Positions 51,526 to 61,026 are shown, counted from the first letter of the stretch. The stretch is DNA of 64,000 nucleotides from Candidatus Poribacteria bacterium (GCA_965242965.1 OZ251518.1:5216001-5280000); one strand, 5' to 3'. Made by a program: numbers and translations. The notes: generated from the letters alone by a model not told the origin.

Positions 51526-52314
51526 ATGAACAAAAACGTTTTCACTTTCACATTACTACTCGGCGTTTGCTGCCTTTTGGCAACTAGCCTCGCAGCAGCA
51601 CCGCGCGATACCGTGCGCATCACGCCCGCGCAGACGACACCCGCGGCCATCGGCGAACACGTGGTTTTCAACGTGGACATCGTCAGTCAACAGCCCATCG
51701 ATGCCTATCAGTTCACGCTGACGTTCGATCCGACGGCACTGCGCTACGTCTCAAACACCAACGGCGACTATTTGCCGGACGCGTTTGTGGCACCGGCGCA
51801 AGTCAAGGCGAGTCAGGTGACGCTGGTGGCGGTGTCGCTATCGGGCAGCAACATGGGAGAAGGCGCGCTTGCCTCCCTCACGTTTGAAGTGCTATCGCAA
51901 CCAACATCGCCGCTGACGTTCTCCGAGGTGTTGCTACCGGTGACGACAGGCGGACTTGCCGAACCGCAAGTGACTCAGAGCACCACGGGTGCAACGCTGT
52001 CGGAACTACGGCAGACGGTGCAAGAAACCGCCGTGTTGCCGAACTATCCGAACCCGTTCAATCCAGAGACGTGGATACCTTACCAACTCGCCGCCCCGGC
52101 CGAAGTAACGCTGTGCATCTATTCGATGCAGGGGGCACTCGTGCGGGAATTGGCGTTAGGGTATCAGGCATCCGGTGCCTATCAACACCGCTCTCGTGCC
52201 GCGTATTGGGATGGGAAAAACGCGCTCGGTGAGACGGTGGCAAGCGGTGTCTATTTCTATACGTTCACCGCCGGCGATTTTTCTGCAACCGGCAAGATGG
52301 TCATCATGAAATAG
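51526..52314 (+). CDS. Secreted cohesin-domain protein with FlgD-Ig/T9SS-like C-terminal domain
   Basis: Signal peptide; YQFTLTFDPTALRYVS..GDYLP..G.LASLTFEV; LPNYPNPFNPETWIPYQL...YWDGKN..GE.VASGVYFY. Confidence 0.8.
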   Translation: MNKNVFTFTLLLGVCCLLATSLAAAPRDTVRITPAQTTPAAIGEHVVFNVDIVSQQPIDAYQFTLTFDPTALRYVSNTNGDYLPDAFVAPAQVKASQVTLVAVSLSGSNMGEGALASLTFEVLSQPTSPLTFSEVLLPVTTGGLAEPQVTQSTTGATLSELRQTVQETAVLPNYPNPFNPETWIPYQLAAPAEVTLCIYSMQGALVRELALGYQASGAYQHRSRAAYWDGKNALGETVASGVYFYTFTAGDFSATGKMVIMK

Positions 52315-52368
52315 CCGGTATCTTCATTGATACCGCAACGGTTAATGTTCCACGAATGCCAAAGAACC

Positions 52369-52695
52369 AGTAGGAGAGACCTCTGGTCTCGATTCTTCCC
52401 GGTAGGAGAGACCTCTGGTCTCGATGCGTTTCATATCGGGACAGGGATGTCCCTCCTACTGCAACAGGTGCGGTATCGGGACAAGGATGTCCCTCCTACT
52501 GCAACAGAGACAGGTGCGGTATCGGAACAGGGATGTCCCTCCTACTGCACAGCATCCGGTAGGAGAGACCTCTGGTCTCGATGCGTTTCATATCGGGACA
52601 GGGATGTCCCTCCTACTGCAACAGGTGCGGTATCGGGACAGGGATGTCCCTCCTACTGCACAAATACTGGTAGGAGAGCCCTTCCCGGTCTCGAT
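52369..52695. repeat. Tandem array of REP variant GTAGGAGGGACATCCCTGTCCCGATA (minus strand) with GTAGGAGAGACC units
   Basis: ~40-bp unit TATCGGGACAGGGATGTCCCTCCTACTGCAACAGGTGCGG, 5 copies. Confidence 0.9.
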
Positions 52696-52798
52696 GCTGC
52701 ATTAATCATTTGGCAGATTCACAACTTCACGCCGCGGTGGAAGCGAGGATGCCTCGCGTCCATCGCTGGCAATTCTATTTTTTCATAAGGAGTCTATT

Positions 52799-53452
52799 TT
52801 GAAAACAGTAAAAACGCTTTTCATTTTCGCATCAGTCGTCCTCATCGGTATTGCCTTGGGCGGCTGTGATGAGGCACAGCAAATGGTCCCGCCCACCGTT
52901 GAGGACACAACTACGCCGCCTGTCGAACCACCTGCACCTGTGGAACCCCCGGCGGACGGCGGCGAGGAGACAACGATGCCAACCGTCGAACCACCGCCCA
53001 TGGACGACAATGGCGGTGGGGAGACAACGATGCCACCTGTTGCACCGCCTCCCGTAGTTCCCGAGGGCCCTGTTGTCAGCATCATGCCCGCATCGGTGAC
53101 ATCTCCTTCTGTCGGCGAGCAACTGGTAGTGGAAATTCAGGTTGCAGGCGCGGAAAACGTTTTCGGCTATGAACTCACACTGAGGTTTGATGCCGCCGCG
53201 CTCCGCTATGTTGAGAGTGCAAACGGTGACTATCTGCCAGGGGCATTTTTCGTACCATCGCTGAAAAATGACAACGAGATCGCAATTTACGCTTCGGGCG
53301 CGGGGACCAAAGCCAGCGGCACGCTAGCCACGGTGACGTTTGAAGTCGTCTCACGCCAAGTTTCCACGCTGACGCTCGCTAATGTGCTACTCAGTGATGC
53401 CGACGGTGTCAATTCCGAGCCGCACGTCGTCAACGCGGAGATAAGCGAATAA
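52799..53452 (+). CDS. Lipoprotein with Pro/Thr/Glu-rich linker and cohesin domain
   Basis: Lipobox LGGC; PPVEPP linker; GYELTLRFDAAALRYVESANGDYLP..GTLATVTFEV. Confidence 0.8.
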   Translation: MKTVKTLFIFASVVLIGIALGGCDEAQQMVPPTVEDTTTPPVEPPAPVEPPADGGEETTMPTVEPPPMDDNGGGETTMPPVAPPPVVPEGPVVSIMPASVTSPSVGEQLVVEIQVAGAENVFGYELTLRFDAAALRYVESANGDYLPGAFFVPSLKNDNEIAIYASGAGTKASGTLATVTFEVVSRQVSTLTLANVLLSDADGVNSEPHVVNAEISE

Positions 53453-53784
53453 CGGTGACAGGAAACGGTTCTCTCACCGTAGGGCGAGGGCCTATCCCCG
53501 CCATGCACCGATCGCGGGGGACAGGCCCCCGCGCTACGGTATGCAAGGCTGCCTCCGTTTCACCGTAGGGCTTGGGCCCTCGCATGCCACACGCGCATGC
53601 GAGCGGGTTTCCCTCGCCAAGCAACGATCGCGGGGGACAGGCCCCCGCGCTACGCGAAGGGCCGCAGCTCACGGGGACAGGCCCCCGCACTACGGTAGCA
53701 TCGGCGTTTTCCCGATGCCCAGAACCTACAATAAACGCTCACGGGGGATAAGCCCCCACATGACGAAAAAAAGGAGTATCTCTC

Positions 53785-55242
53785 ATGAAAAATCGAACAC
53801 GTCTCTTGTATTTTTTAACCATTATCTTATGCCTCGGCGCAACAGCAATGAGTTACGGACGAGCTGTTGTCTCCGTAAGTCCCTCTCCCGTTGCATCGCC
53901 GGCAGCAGGAAGCACGCTGAAAGTCAACATTCAAATCAGCAGCGGCAGCGGGATTGCAGGGTATGAACTCACCGTAGAGTTTGATACGTCGGCGTTGACG
54001 TATGTCTCTGCCGCGAACGCGACATATCTCCCATCCGGTGCCTTTGCCCCGAGCCCTGCGGTGTCAGGGAACCGCGTGACGCTTACGGCGGCAGCCGCGA
54101 GTGCAGCAACGAAAAGGAGTGGCACCCTCGCTACAGTCACGTTCCGTGTGGTTGCCGCCAAAGCGTCAACGCTGCGCCTTCGGGACGTTGTTTTGTCCGA
54201 CGTGGCCGGAAAAAACTTAGCCTTCAGCACCAGGAACGGACAGGTAGTTAAAAGCAGTGGGGCAGCCTACGATGTGAATCAGGATGGAAAGGTCAACGTC
54301 AGCGACTTAGTCCTCGTCTCACGCAACCTCGGTTCGCGTTCGCCTTCCAACCCGCGAGCCGATGTGAATGGGGATGGACAAGTCAACGTCAGTGACTTAG
54401 TCCTCGTCTCGCGCAACCTCGGTAAGACGGTCGACCCCGGCACCACGCCACCTCCCGTAGTCACAGAGCCTACGCCACCCGAAGGCATGGTGTTCATCCC
54501 CGCAGGACAATTCCAAATGGGCAGCATCGACGATGAAGCACAAAATGATGAACAGCCCGTGCATACCGTCCACATCGACGCATTCTTCATGGACGAACAT
54601 GAAGTCACCAACTTGGAATACAAGGAATTCCTCCTTGAAAATCCACGCTGGCAAAAGAGCCGTATCGATAAGCGATTCCACAACGGCAACTACCTTAAAC
54701 ACTGGAGTGGCAATAACTACCCCTCCGGGAAAGCGAACCATCCGGTGACGTATGTGAGTTGGTATGCTGCCATGGCGTATGCAGAATGGGCAGGGAAACG
54801 GTTGCCGACAGAGGCAGAATGGGAATACGCCGCACGCGGCGGGCTTGCAGGAATGAAGTATCCCTCAGGGAATACGATTTCCACCCGCCAGGCCAACTAC
54901 AATAGGCATGTCGGGGACACTACAGCTGTCGGACGTTATGCGGCGAACGACTACGGGCTCTACGATATGGCAGGGAATGTGTGGGAATGGTGTCTTGATG
55001 AATATGATGCCGATTTCTACTTTGTTTCTCGCAACAGTCGGAATCCGATTTCGGGTGCGCGGACGATCCAATGGGTACTTGATAACTTCGCGAGTATCCC
55101 GACCAACACCTCGCGCGTGTTGCGCGGCGGCAGTTGGTTCAATACAGCGCGGCTTTTGCGCGTCGCCGATCGCGCCTACACTACGCCAACGGGCACGAAC
55201 GACTACATCGGTTTTCGTTGCGCGAGGGCTGTTACTCCCTGA
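53785..55242 (+). CDS. Cohesin + dockerin + FGE-sulfatase (CLec fold) protein; candidate DGR target
   Basis: Signal peptide; cohesin; two DVNxDGxVNVSDLVLV repeats; PEGMVFIPAGQFQMGS, RLPTEAEWEYAARGG, GLYDMAGNVWEW, RVLRGGSW...GFRC. Confidence 0.88.
   Translation: MKNRTRLLYFLTIILCLGATAMSYGRAVVSVSPSPVASPAAGSTLKVNIQISSGSGIAGYELTVEFDTSALTYVSAANATYLPSGAFAPSPAVSGNRVTLTAAAASAATKRSGTLATVTFRVVAAKASTLRLRDVVLSDVAGKNLAFSTRNGQVVKSSGAAYDVNQDGKVNVSDLVLVSRNLGSRSPSNPRADVNGDGQVNVSDLVLVSRNLGKTVDPGTTPPPVVTEPTPPEGMVFIPAGQFQMGSIDDEAQNDEQPVHTVHIDAFFMDEHEVTNLEYKEFLLENPRWQKSRIDKRFHNGNYLKHWSGNNYPSGKANHPVTYVSWYAAMAYAEWAGKRLPTEAEWEYAARGGLAGMKYPSGNTISTRQANYNRHVGDTTAVGRYAANDYGLYDMAGNVWEWCLDEYDADFYFVSRNSRNPISGARTIQWVLDNFASIPTNTSRVLRGGSWFNTARLLRVADRAYTTPTGTNDYIGFRCARAVTP
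55111..55242 (+). other. Putative DGR variable region (VR) with IMH-like end
   Basis: Between RGGSW and GFRC the putative variable codons are NNY (TTC, AAT, CTT, GAT, GCC, TAC, ACT, GGC, AAC, GAC, TAC); avd downstream. Confidence 0.6.
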
Positions 55243-55262
55243 CTCTTAACTCCCTTACCCCT

Positions 55263-55284
55263 TCTGATCGGTTTACCGATCAGA
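55263..55284. other. Perfect hairpin/cruciform just downstream of putative VR
   Basis: TCTGATCGG-TTTA-CCGATCAGA, no U-tract. Confidence 0.75.
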
Positions 55285-55412
55285 CCGTTATGAAATTGGG
55301 GTACGTACTTAATAGACCTAACGCCCAGGCCGGGGTGTGACTCTCGCGGCAAATTCAGGCGAGAAACCCGCTCAAAACGCGGTTTCTCGCCATGCTGCGC
55401 GCCCAGAATTTT

Positions 55413-55760
55413 ATGACAGAATCAACGCTGACAGCCGTGCCAAAACTCTACGATGTCGTCACGTGGTTAATGGGGCGCGTGGAGAAATTCCCGCGCTCGC
55501 AAAAATTTACGTTGGGTGACAGAATCGTGAATCTCGCGTTGGATATTTTGGAATTGCTTATCGAGGCAACTTATACCCGCGACCGGCTTCCGCTTCTTCG
55601 GCGTGCGAACATTCAATTAGAGAAACTTCGCTATCTCATCCGTTTGTCGCATGAATTCAAACTGTTATCAACGAAGCAGTATCGTCATATTTCGGGTGAG
55701 ATTAATGAAGTCGGCAAACGTATCGGGGGTTGGATCAAGAGTCAATCGCGGAGAAAGTAG
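55413..55760 (+). CDS. avd: DGR accessory protein Avd (four-helix bundle)
   Basis: KLYD..W...VEKFPRSQKFTLGDRI...L..ANIQLEKLRYLIRL......Y..IS..INEVGKRIGGW. Confidence 0.85.
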   Translation: MTESTLTAVPKLYDVVTWLMGRVEKFPRSQKFTLGDRIVNLALDILELLIEATYTRDRLPLLRRANIQLEKLRYLIRLSHEFKLLSTKQYRHISGEINEVGKRIGGWIKSQSRRK

Positions 55761-55779
55761 GGCAGCGTAGTCAGGATAT

Positions 55780-57122
55780 CGTAGGGCTTGGGCCCTCGCA
55801 TGCCATACGCGCATGCGAGCGGGTTTCCCTCGCCATCGTTCGCGCAGTCCAACGCTCGCGGGGGACAGGCCCCCGCGCTACGGGCCCTAAAAACGTCCCT
55901 CAAATCGTAGGGCGAGGGCTTGTCCCTCGCCACGCCAATCGTCTGAATCAGGATTTACACGATTATCACGATTAACAAGATTAGGAACTCTAGTCTCCAA
56001 CCGATGCTTAAGGTCCGTAGGACCTTAATGTCTATAGCACCCTGCAATGCGAAGACTCTTAAGGTCTGTAGGACCTTAATGTGCATTCGCGCCGCGTATC
56101 TAGCATCCTATTAAGGACCTAAAGGACCTTGAATACGGTGAAAAGCACGTTTTCTATAGACATTAAGGACCTAAAGGACCTAAAGAGCCGTTTTTTTAAG
56201 AGGTCTCGTCGCCGCGAGAGACATAATCCTGAAAATCCTAGAATCTTGCAAATCCTGATTCAGACAGCTGAGAGATCGCGGGGGACAGGCCCCCGCGCTA
56301 CGGTAAGAAATAGGCAATCGCCGCATGGCACGTAGGGCGAGGGCCTGTCCCTCGCCGTGCCTAAGGTCTGTCAGACCTTAATGTCTATAGCAGCTGCACC
56401 GCAGAGCACCCTAAAGTCCTTTAGGTCCTTAATGTGCCTTGATTCGCTTGGCTGCCATTTCCATTAAGGTCCTAACGGACCTTGAAAACGGTGGCAGATC
56501 TATTTTTCTATAGACATGCAGGACCTAAAGGACCTGAAGAGGCATCCATTGCAAAAAAAATGCTCGCGGCGCGGGAGATGATCTTGTAAATCTTGTAAAT
56601 CCTGCAAATCCTGCTTCAGACAATTAAGATCGCGGGGGACAGGCCCCCGCGCTCCGTCACCTAAAATACCTCTCCTTTACCGTAGGGCGAGGGCCTGTCC
56701 CTCGCCATGCCCCGGTCTGAGCAACAACCATCCGTGTTTTCTGGGTTTCGGGCATTTTTCGCCTAGGTTGAGAGATCGCGGGGGACAGGCCCCCGCGCTA
56801 CGGTATGCAAGGCCGCCTCCGTTTCACCGTAGGGCGAGGGCCTGTCCCTCGCCATGCCAATCGTCTGAAGCAGGATTTACAGGATTATAGGATTTACAAG
56901 ATTAGGGATCCTAGTCTCCAACCGATGCTTTAGGTCCGTAGGACCAAAAGAGGCATCCATTGGAAAAGGAATGCTCGTTGCGCGAGAGATAATCTTTGAA
57001 ATCCTGAAAATCTTGTAAATCCTGCTTCAGAACAGTTAGAGGCACCGCGGGGGACAGGCCCCCGCGCTACGAAAAAAAACGGTTCTTGAGCCATCGCGGG
57101 GGACAGGCCCCCGCACTACGGA
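55780..57122. repeat. Largest composite repeat cluster (GTAG REPs, AGGTCC palindromes, AATCCT 9-mer modules)
   Basis: ~1.3 kb mosaic with internal duplication CCAATCGTCTGAA.CAGGATTTAC...TAGTCTCCAACCGATGCTT. Confidence 0.88.
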
Positions 57123-57288
57123 CGCGCGAACACTTTTTCTCCGCGTGAGTTGCGAGAAACAGACCTCTCTTCCAACAAATATGCAAACGCTGTTTTTTTC
57201 TATGTAAACCAAACCCCACAATTCACGTTAAAACTAACGTTAAAAAATCGCATTCAAAAAGGAGGGCGCGTCTTGAACGCGCTTTTTC

Positions 57289-58449
57289 ATGATACAACAC
57301 TGGACTTTTGACAAGGCAAGGGACAAACCCACTGCCTACATTTACCCTTTACTGATATGTTTGACACTCGCACTGATTTTCCCGGCGATGCTCTGGGCCG
57401 GCCCCGGGCGGACAGGTGCGCAAATCTTGAACCTCGGCGGCGGCGCGCGGGCGAGGGCCCTCGGCGATGCTTTCTCCGCCATTTCCGGTGATGTTACGAC
57501 ATCACTCTGGAATCCGAGCGGTATCGCACAGATGCCGGAGAGCAAACTCCGTTCCGGCCAGAGCGCAGCGCAAGCCTCTATGTTTTATACCGATTACAGC
57601 GCGCCGTTCGGTGAAGCAGGCGAAGGGTTATACTACACCTTTCTCTCCGGCGCGATGCCTCTCGGTGATATGGGGACTATCGGCGCGACACTCCAACTGC
57701 AGGGACAAGGCACGATTGCCGTGACTACCGATTCGCCCGATGTCGTCCGTGAGGAAAGCCTCGGCACGAACTGGGCATTGACGTTCTCTTACGCCGACAG
57801 GATTACCGAAAATCTGGCGGCGGGAATTAGCGGCAAGATGATTCGGATGGTGCTCGGTAGGGAGAACGGGAGTTCTTACGCCGTTGACATGGGGATGCAG
57901 TATCTGCTGCCGGTTGATATGATGCCGATAACCGTCGGCGCAGCGATTCAGAACGTCGGCCCCGGTATTTCGTTTATTGATGAGAATCAGGCTGATCCGT
58001 TGCCGCGCCTCCTCCGCCTCGGCACCTCTATGAGTCTTTTGCGCGCGAAACATCACCACATCCGCTTCGTCAGCGGCATCACGGCGTATATTGATAAACT
58101 TGCCGAAAATGAAGAGGAACTCACCGCAGATTTGGACCGGTTGAACGCCGAACGCGAGGACAAACTGACGCGCGAGCAGCTCCTCTCCGACCGGGGTGTC
58201 GGTATCCGCGCGTTTGAATGGCGACACCTCCAAAAAAACCTCGGCTTAGAATATTGGCTCGGAAACCTGCTGGCACTCCGCGTCGGCTACAAGGCGGAAC
58301 CGGGCATCAACTTGCCCGATCTCACCGACTATTTTACCTACGGCATCGGTATCCAAGTCTACCTTTTCAACCTAGATTTAACTTACGGCCCACGCTTCGG
58401 TCCGAGTCGTGAACGGCTCATTGAGGCGACGGGGATAGTCGTCTTTTAG
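57289..58449 (+). CDS. PorV/PorQ-family outer membrane protein
   Basis: QILNLGGGARARALGDAF, SLWNPSG, AVDMG, QNVGP, DPLP, GLEYW..LALRVGY. Confidence 0.8.
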   Translation: MIQHWTFDKARDKPTAYIYPLLICLTLALIFPAMLWAGPGRTGAQILNLGGGARARALGDAFSAISGDVTTSLWNPSGIAQMPESKLRSGQSAAQASMFYTDYSAPFGEAGEGLYYTFLSGAMPLGDMGTIGATLQLQGQGTIAVTTDSPDVVREESLGTNWALTFSYADRITENLAAGISGKMIRMVLGRENGSSYAVDMGMQYLLPVDMMPITVGAAIQNVGPGISFIDENQADPLPRLLRLGTSMSLLRAKHHHIRFVSGITAYIDKLAENEEELTADLDRLNAEREDKLTREQLLSDRGVGIRAFEWRHLQKNLGLEYWLGNLLALRVGYKAEPGINLPDLTDYFTYGIGIQVYLFNLDLTYGPRFGPSRERLIEATGIVVF

Positions 58450-58458
58450 AGGATAAAT

Positions 58459-59220
58459 ATGAAAATCTATACGCGAACCGTGGTCCTTGCGATGGTGTGC
58501 TGTTTGGTATCCGGGGTTTGTCTTGCTACGGATGAAGCGGCTGTAAACGCTCTCAACGGGTTTTATCTTGAGTCTGCGCTGGGGAATCGGACATTGGAGT
58601 CAGCGGATGCGGCGATACCGCTGAAATCGCCGAACGAGGCGTTTCTCTATTCGCTCGTTTTGCCGGGCGCGGGGCAATTTTATACGGGTGCGAAGCGCGG
58701 CTATCTCTACGCCGCCGCCGAGGTAGGGTTGCTCGCCACCTACTTTATCTTGCGCAATAGTGCCGCGAGCACGCGCGATGAATATCGCGATGTCGTCAGG
58801 CAGCACGTTATTTTTGACGGCCCCGGGTCTTTTGATAATTGGGATCTGGTTGAAGATTTCGAGCACGCGACGCAGTATGAAAACTGGAACCATGTCTACG
58901 ATTCTGAAGCGACACGGACGCGGACAGGAAAGTGGTATTGGGAGGACGCGCGGCCTTTTAAAGACGAGGAAGACATCGCTATCGATTTTGACTCGCGCCA
59001 CCGATTGGAGGCGTTCGATCTTCGGCAACAGGCGAATGACAAGTTTGAACTCGCACGCACCTTCCTCGGCATGGCGATTTTGAACCACGTCGTCAGCGCG
59101 ATTGATGCGCGTATCACAACCAAAAGTTGGAATCGGAAGCAGGCGCGGGCGAACTCTCTGGAGATAGGCGTGCAAGCAGGCGCGACGGAAAGCGCGGTAA
59201 TGCTGCGGAAATGGTTCTAG
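58459..59220 (+). CDS. Hypothetical secreted/membrane protein
   Basis: Signal peptide; KSP..AFLYSLVLPGAGQFY; NHVVSAIDA. Confidence 0.7.
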   Translation: MKIYTRTVVLAMVCCLVSGVCLATDEAAVNALNGFYLESALGNRTLESADAAIPLKSPNEAFLYSLVLPGAGQFYTGAKRGYLYAAAEVGLLATYFILRNSAASTRDEYRDVVRQHVIFDGPGSFDNWDLVEDFEHATQYENWNHVYDSEATRTRTGKWYWEDARPFKDEEDIAIDFDSRHRLEAFDLRQQANDKFELARTFLGMAILNHVVSAIDARITTKSWNRKQARANSLEIGVQAGATESAVMLRKWF

Positions 59221-59226
59221 TTAGGT

Positions 59227-59487
59227 GAGGGGGTTTCATAAATCGTTTTCCCCGGTAGGAGAGACCTCCCGGTCTCGATGCATCGCGCATGCGCGAGACC
59301 GTAGTTCGGGAGCGCCCGCTCCCGAACGGGTCAAGATCAGGCGATCTTGACCTACAGGGGTGATGCGGGCTGACACCAAAACGCATGGCGAGGGCCTGTC
59401 CCTCGCCCTACGTGAAGGGACGGCGTTTTTTTTCACTGTAGCGCGGGGCCTGTCCCCGCGAAGTTGAGCAATTTATGAAACACCCTC
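59227..59487. mobile_element. MITE-like REP-carrying element with perfect 8-bp TSD
   Basis: AGTTAGGT-[GAGGGGGTTTCATAAAT ... ATTTATGAAACACCCTC]-AGTTAGGT. Confidence 0.88.
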
Positions 59488-59552
59488 AGTTAGGTTCGCA
59501 GCGCGAGGGCTTGTCCCTCACGTCATGCATAACCAAAAGGACAGATACGAAA

Positions 59553-60491
59553 ATGTCTATAGAAACCCCAAAACTTTTAGACGCGTTAAATTCAGTCACC
59601 GCAATTCCTGTTATCCCCTTCAGTGGTAACAAAATTGATTACGCAGGGCACGCGAAAAACGTTGACTATTTAATGCGCAACAACTATCTTGACGCGGGGC
59701 GGCCCCGTGTCATCGCCATCGCCGGCACGAGCCTGATTCATCACATCAGCGAAACAGAGCAACTCCGCCTCGTTGAGAAAACAGGGAAGCAGATAGGAGA
59801 CGATGGCATCCTCATTTCCGGCATTGTGCCAAACCCGATTCACCAAGCCGGGCAGCTGATTGAGGCACAAGCGGAACTGCCGAGGCCGCCAGATGCCTAT
59901 CTGCTGATGCCGCTCACCGGCATATCAAGTCCCGAAGGCATTTATGAGCAGTATATGGCGTTCGGCGAACGTTATGGCGATTCTTGCGGCGCGCGGCTTC
60001 TCTACTATTTCCGGCAGAAGCGCGATCTGGATGCTGTTATCCGATTGCTGAAAGATTCGCCGCACTTCATCGGTGTAAAAATCGGCACGGGTGAAGAGGA
60101 TGTGACACCTCTCGTTGCTGGAGTTGGCGATAGCGGCCTCGTGATGTGGGGTATCGGGGATAGGTGCACGCGCGCAGCGCAGCTCGGCACGAAAGGACAT
60201 ACTTCCGGGATTGCTGTCGCATTCGCGCGCGCATCAGATGAGATTAACAACGCGCAACGCCGCGGCGACTACGAGACATCGGCGCGCATTGAGGCGGACA
60301 TCGCGCCGCTTGAAGAAATTCGTTTCATGAACGAACGCGTCTACAACTATTCGGCGGTAGTAGAGGCGATGCTCTTGAGCGGATTTAGTGATATTGTGGG
60401 TGGTACCGGCGGGCCGTTTAATCCGCGTGTGCCATCTGAAATTCAGGAGCAGGTCCGCGCGGCGACGCGAAATCTGAAGAAATATCATTAA
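59553..60491 (+). CDS. Dihydrodipicolinate synthase-like (class I aldolase) family protein
   Basis: AIPVIPF...IDYAG, LLYY, IGVKIG Schiff-base Lys. Confidence 0.7.
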   Translation: MSIETPKLLDALNSVTAIPVIPFSGNKIDYAGHAKNVDYLMRNNYLDAGRPRVIAIAGTSLIHHISETEQLRLVEKTGKQIGDDGILISGIVPNPIHQAGQLIEAQAELPRPPDAYLLMPLTGISSPEGIYEQYMAFGERYGDSCGARLLYYFRQKRDLDAVIRLLKDSPHFIGVKIGTGEEDVTPLVAGVGDSGLVMWGIGDRCTRAAQLGTKGHTSGIAVAFARASDEINNAQRRGDYETSARIEADIAPLEEIRFMNERVYNYSAVVEAMLLSGFSDIVGGTGGPFNPRVPSEIQEQVRAATRNLKKYH

Positions 60492-60509
60492 TGCCAAGTT
60501 ACGTTGATT

Positions 60510-60993
60510 GAGAGTATTTCATAAATCGCTCAACGTCGCAGTGACAGGCCTTCGCGCGCCGGTAGGAGAGACCTCCCGGTCTCGATGCTTCCCTTTCCCG
60601 TAGCGCGGGGGCCCTCGGATGCCATACGCGCATCCGAGCGGGTTTCCCCCGCGAGCTCCATCGTCAAGCGGTGGCGTTTTAGGTCCTTTAGGACCTTAAT
60701 GTCTATAGAAAAACGTGTCGTGCAGTTTTTAAGGTCCTTTAGGTCCTTAATAAAACACGCGCGGCCCTGGCAAAACCTATTAAGGACCTAAAGGACCTTA
60801 GCGTTTTTCGCGTCCGCGCGTGCTATAGACATTAAGGACCTAAAGGACCTAAGAATCGTTTTTTCATCGTAGTGCGGGGGACAGGCCCCCGCGAGCGTTG
60901 GATTGCGCGAACGATGGCGAGGGACAGGCCCTCGCCCTACGTGAAGGGGGGGGCGTTTCTTTCGCGACGTTGGGGGATTTATGAAACACCCTC
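60510..60993. mobile_element. MITE-like composite REP element
   Basis: GAGAGTATTTCATAAATCGCTCAACGTCGC ... CGCGACGTTGGGGGATTTATGAAACACCCTC. Confidence 0.7.
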
Positions 60994-61026
60994 AGGATAT
61001 TTGGAAGTGCGAGAGGGGTTATCACC

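Noticed and set aside
52430-52660. Second CRISPR-like array
   Set aside because: Spacers are short and repeated (TGCAACAGGTGCGG); it is a tandem GTAG-REP variant
54271-54423. Near-identical 63-bp direct repeat as a possible DGR TR/VR pair
   Set aside because: It encodes the two dockerin halves; mismatches are not restricted to adenines
55761-57288. Searched for DGR reverse transcriptase or template repeat downstream of avd
   Set aside because: No RT-like ORF (no YxDD context) and no AAC-rich VR copy seen; the region is a repeat mosaic
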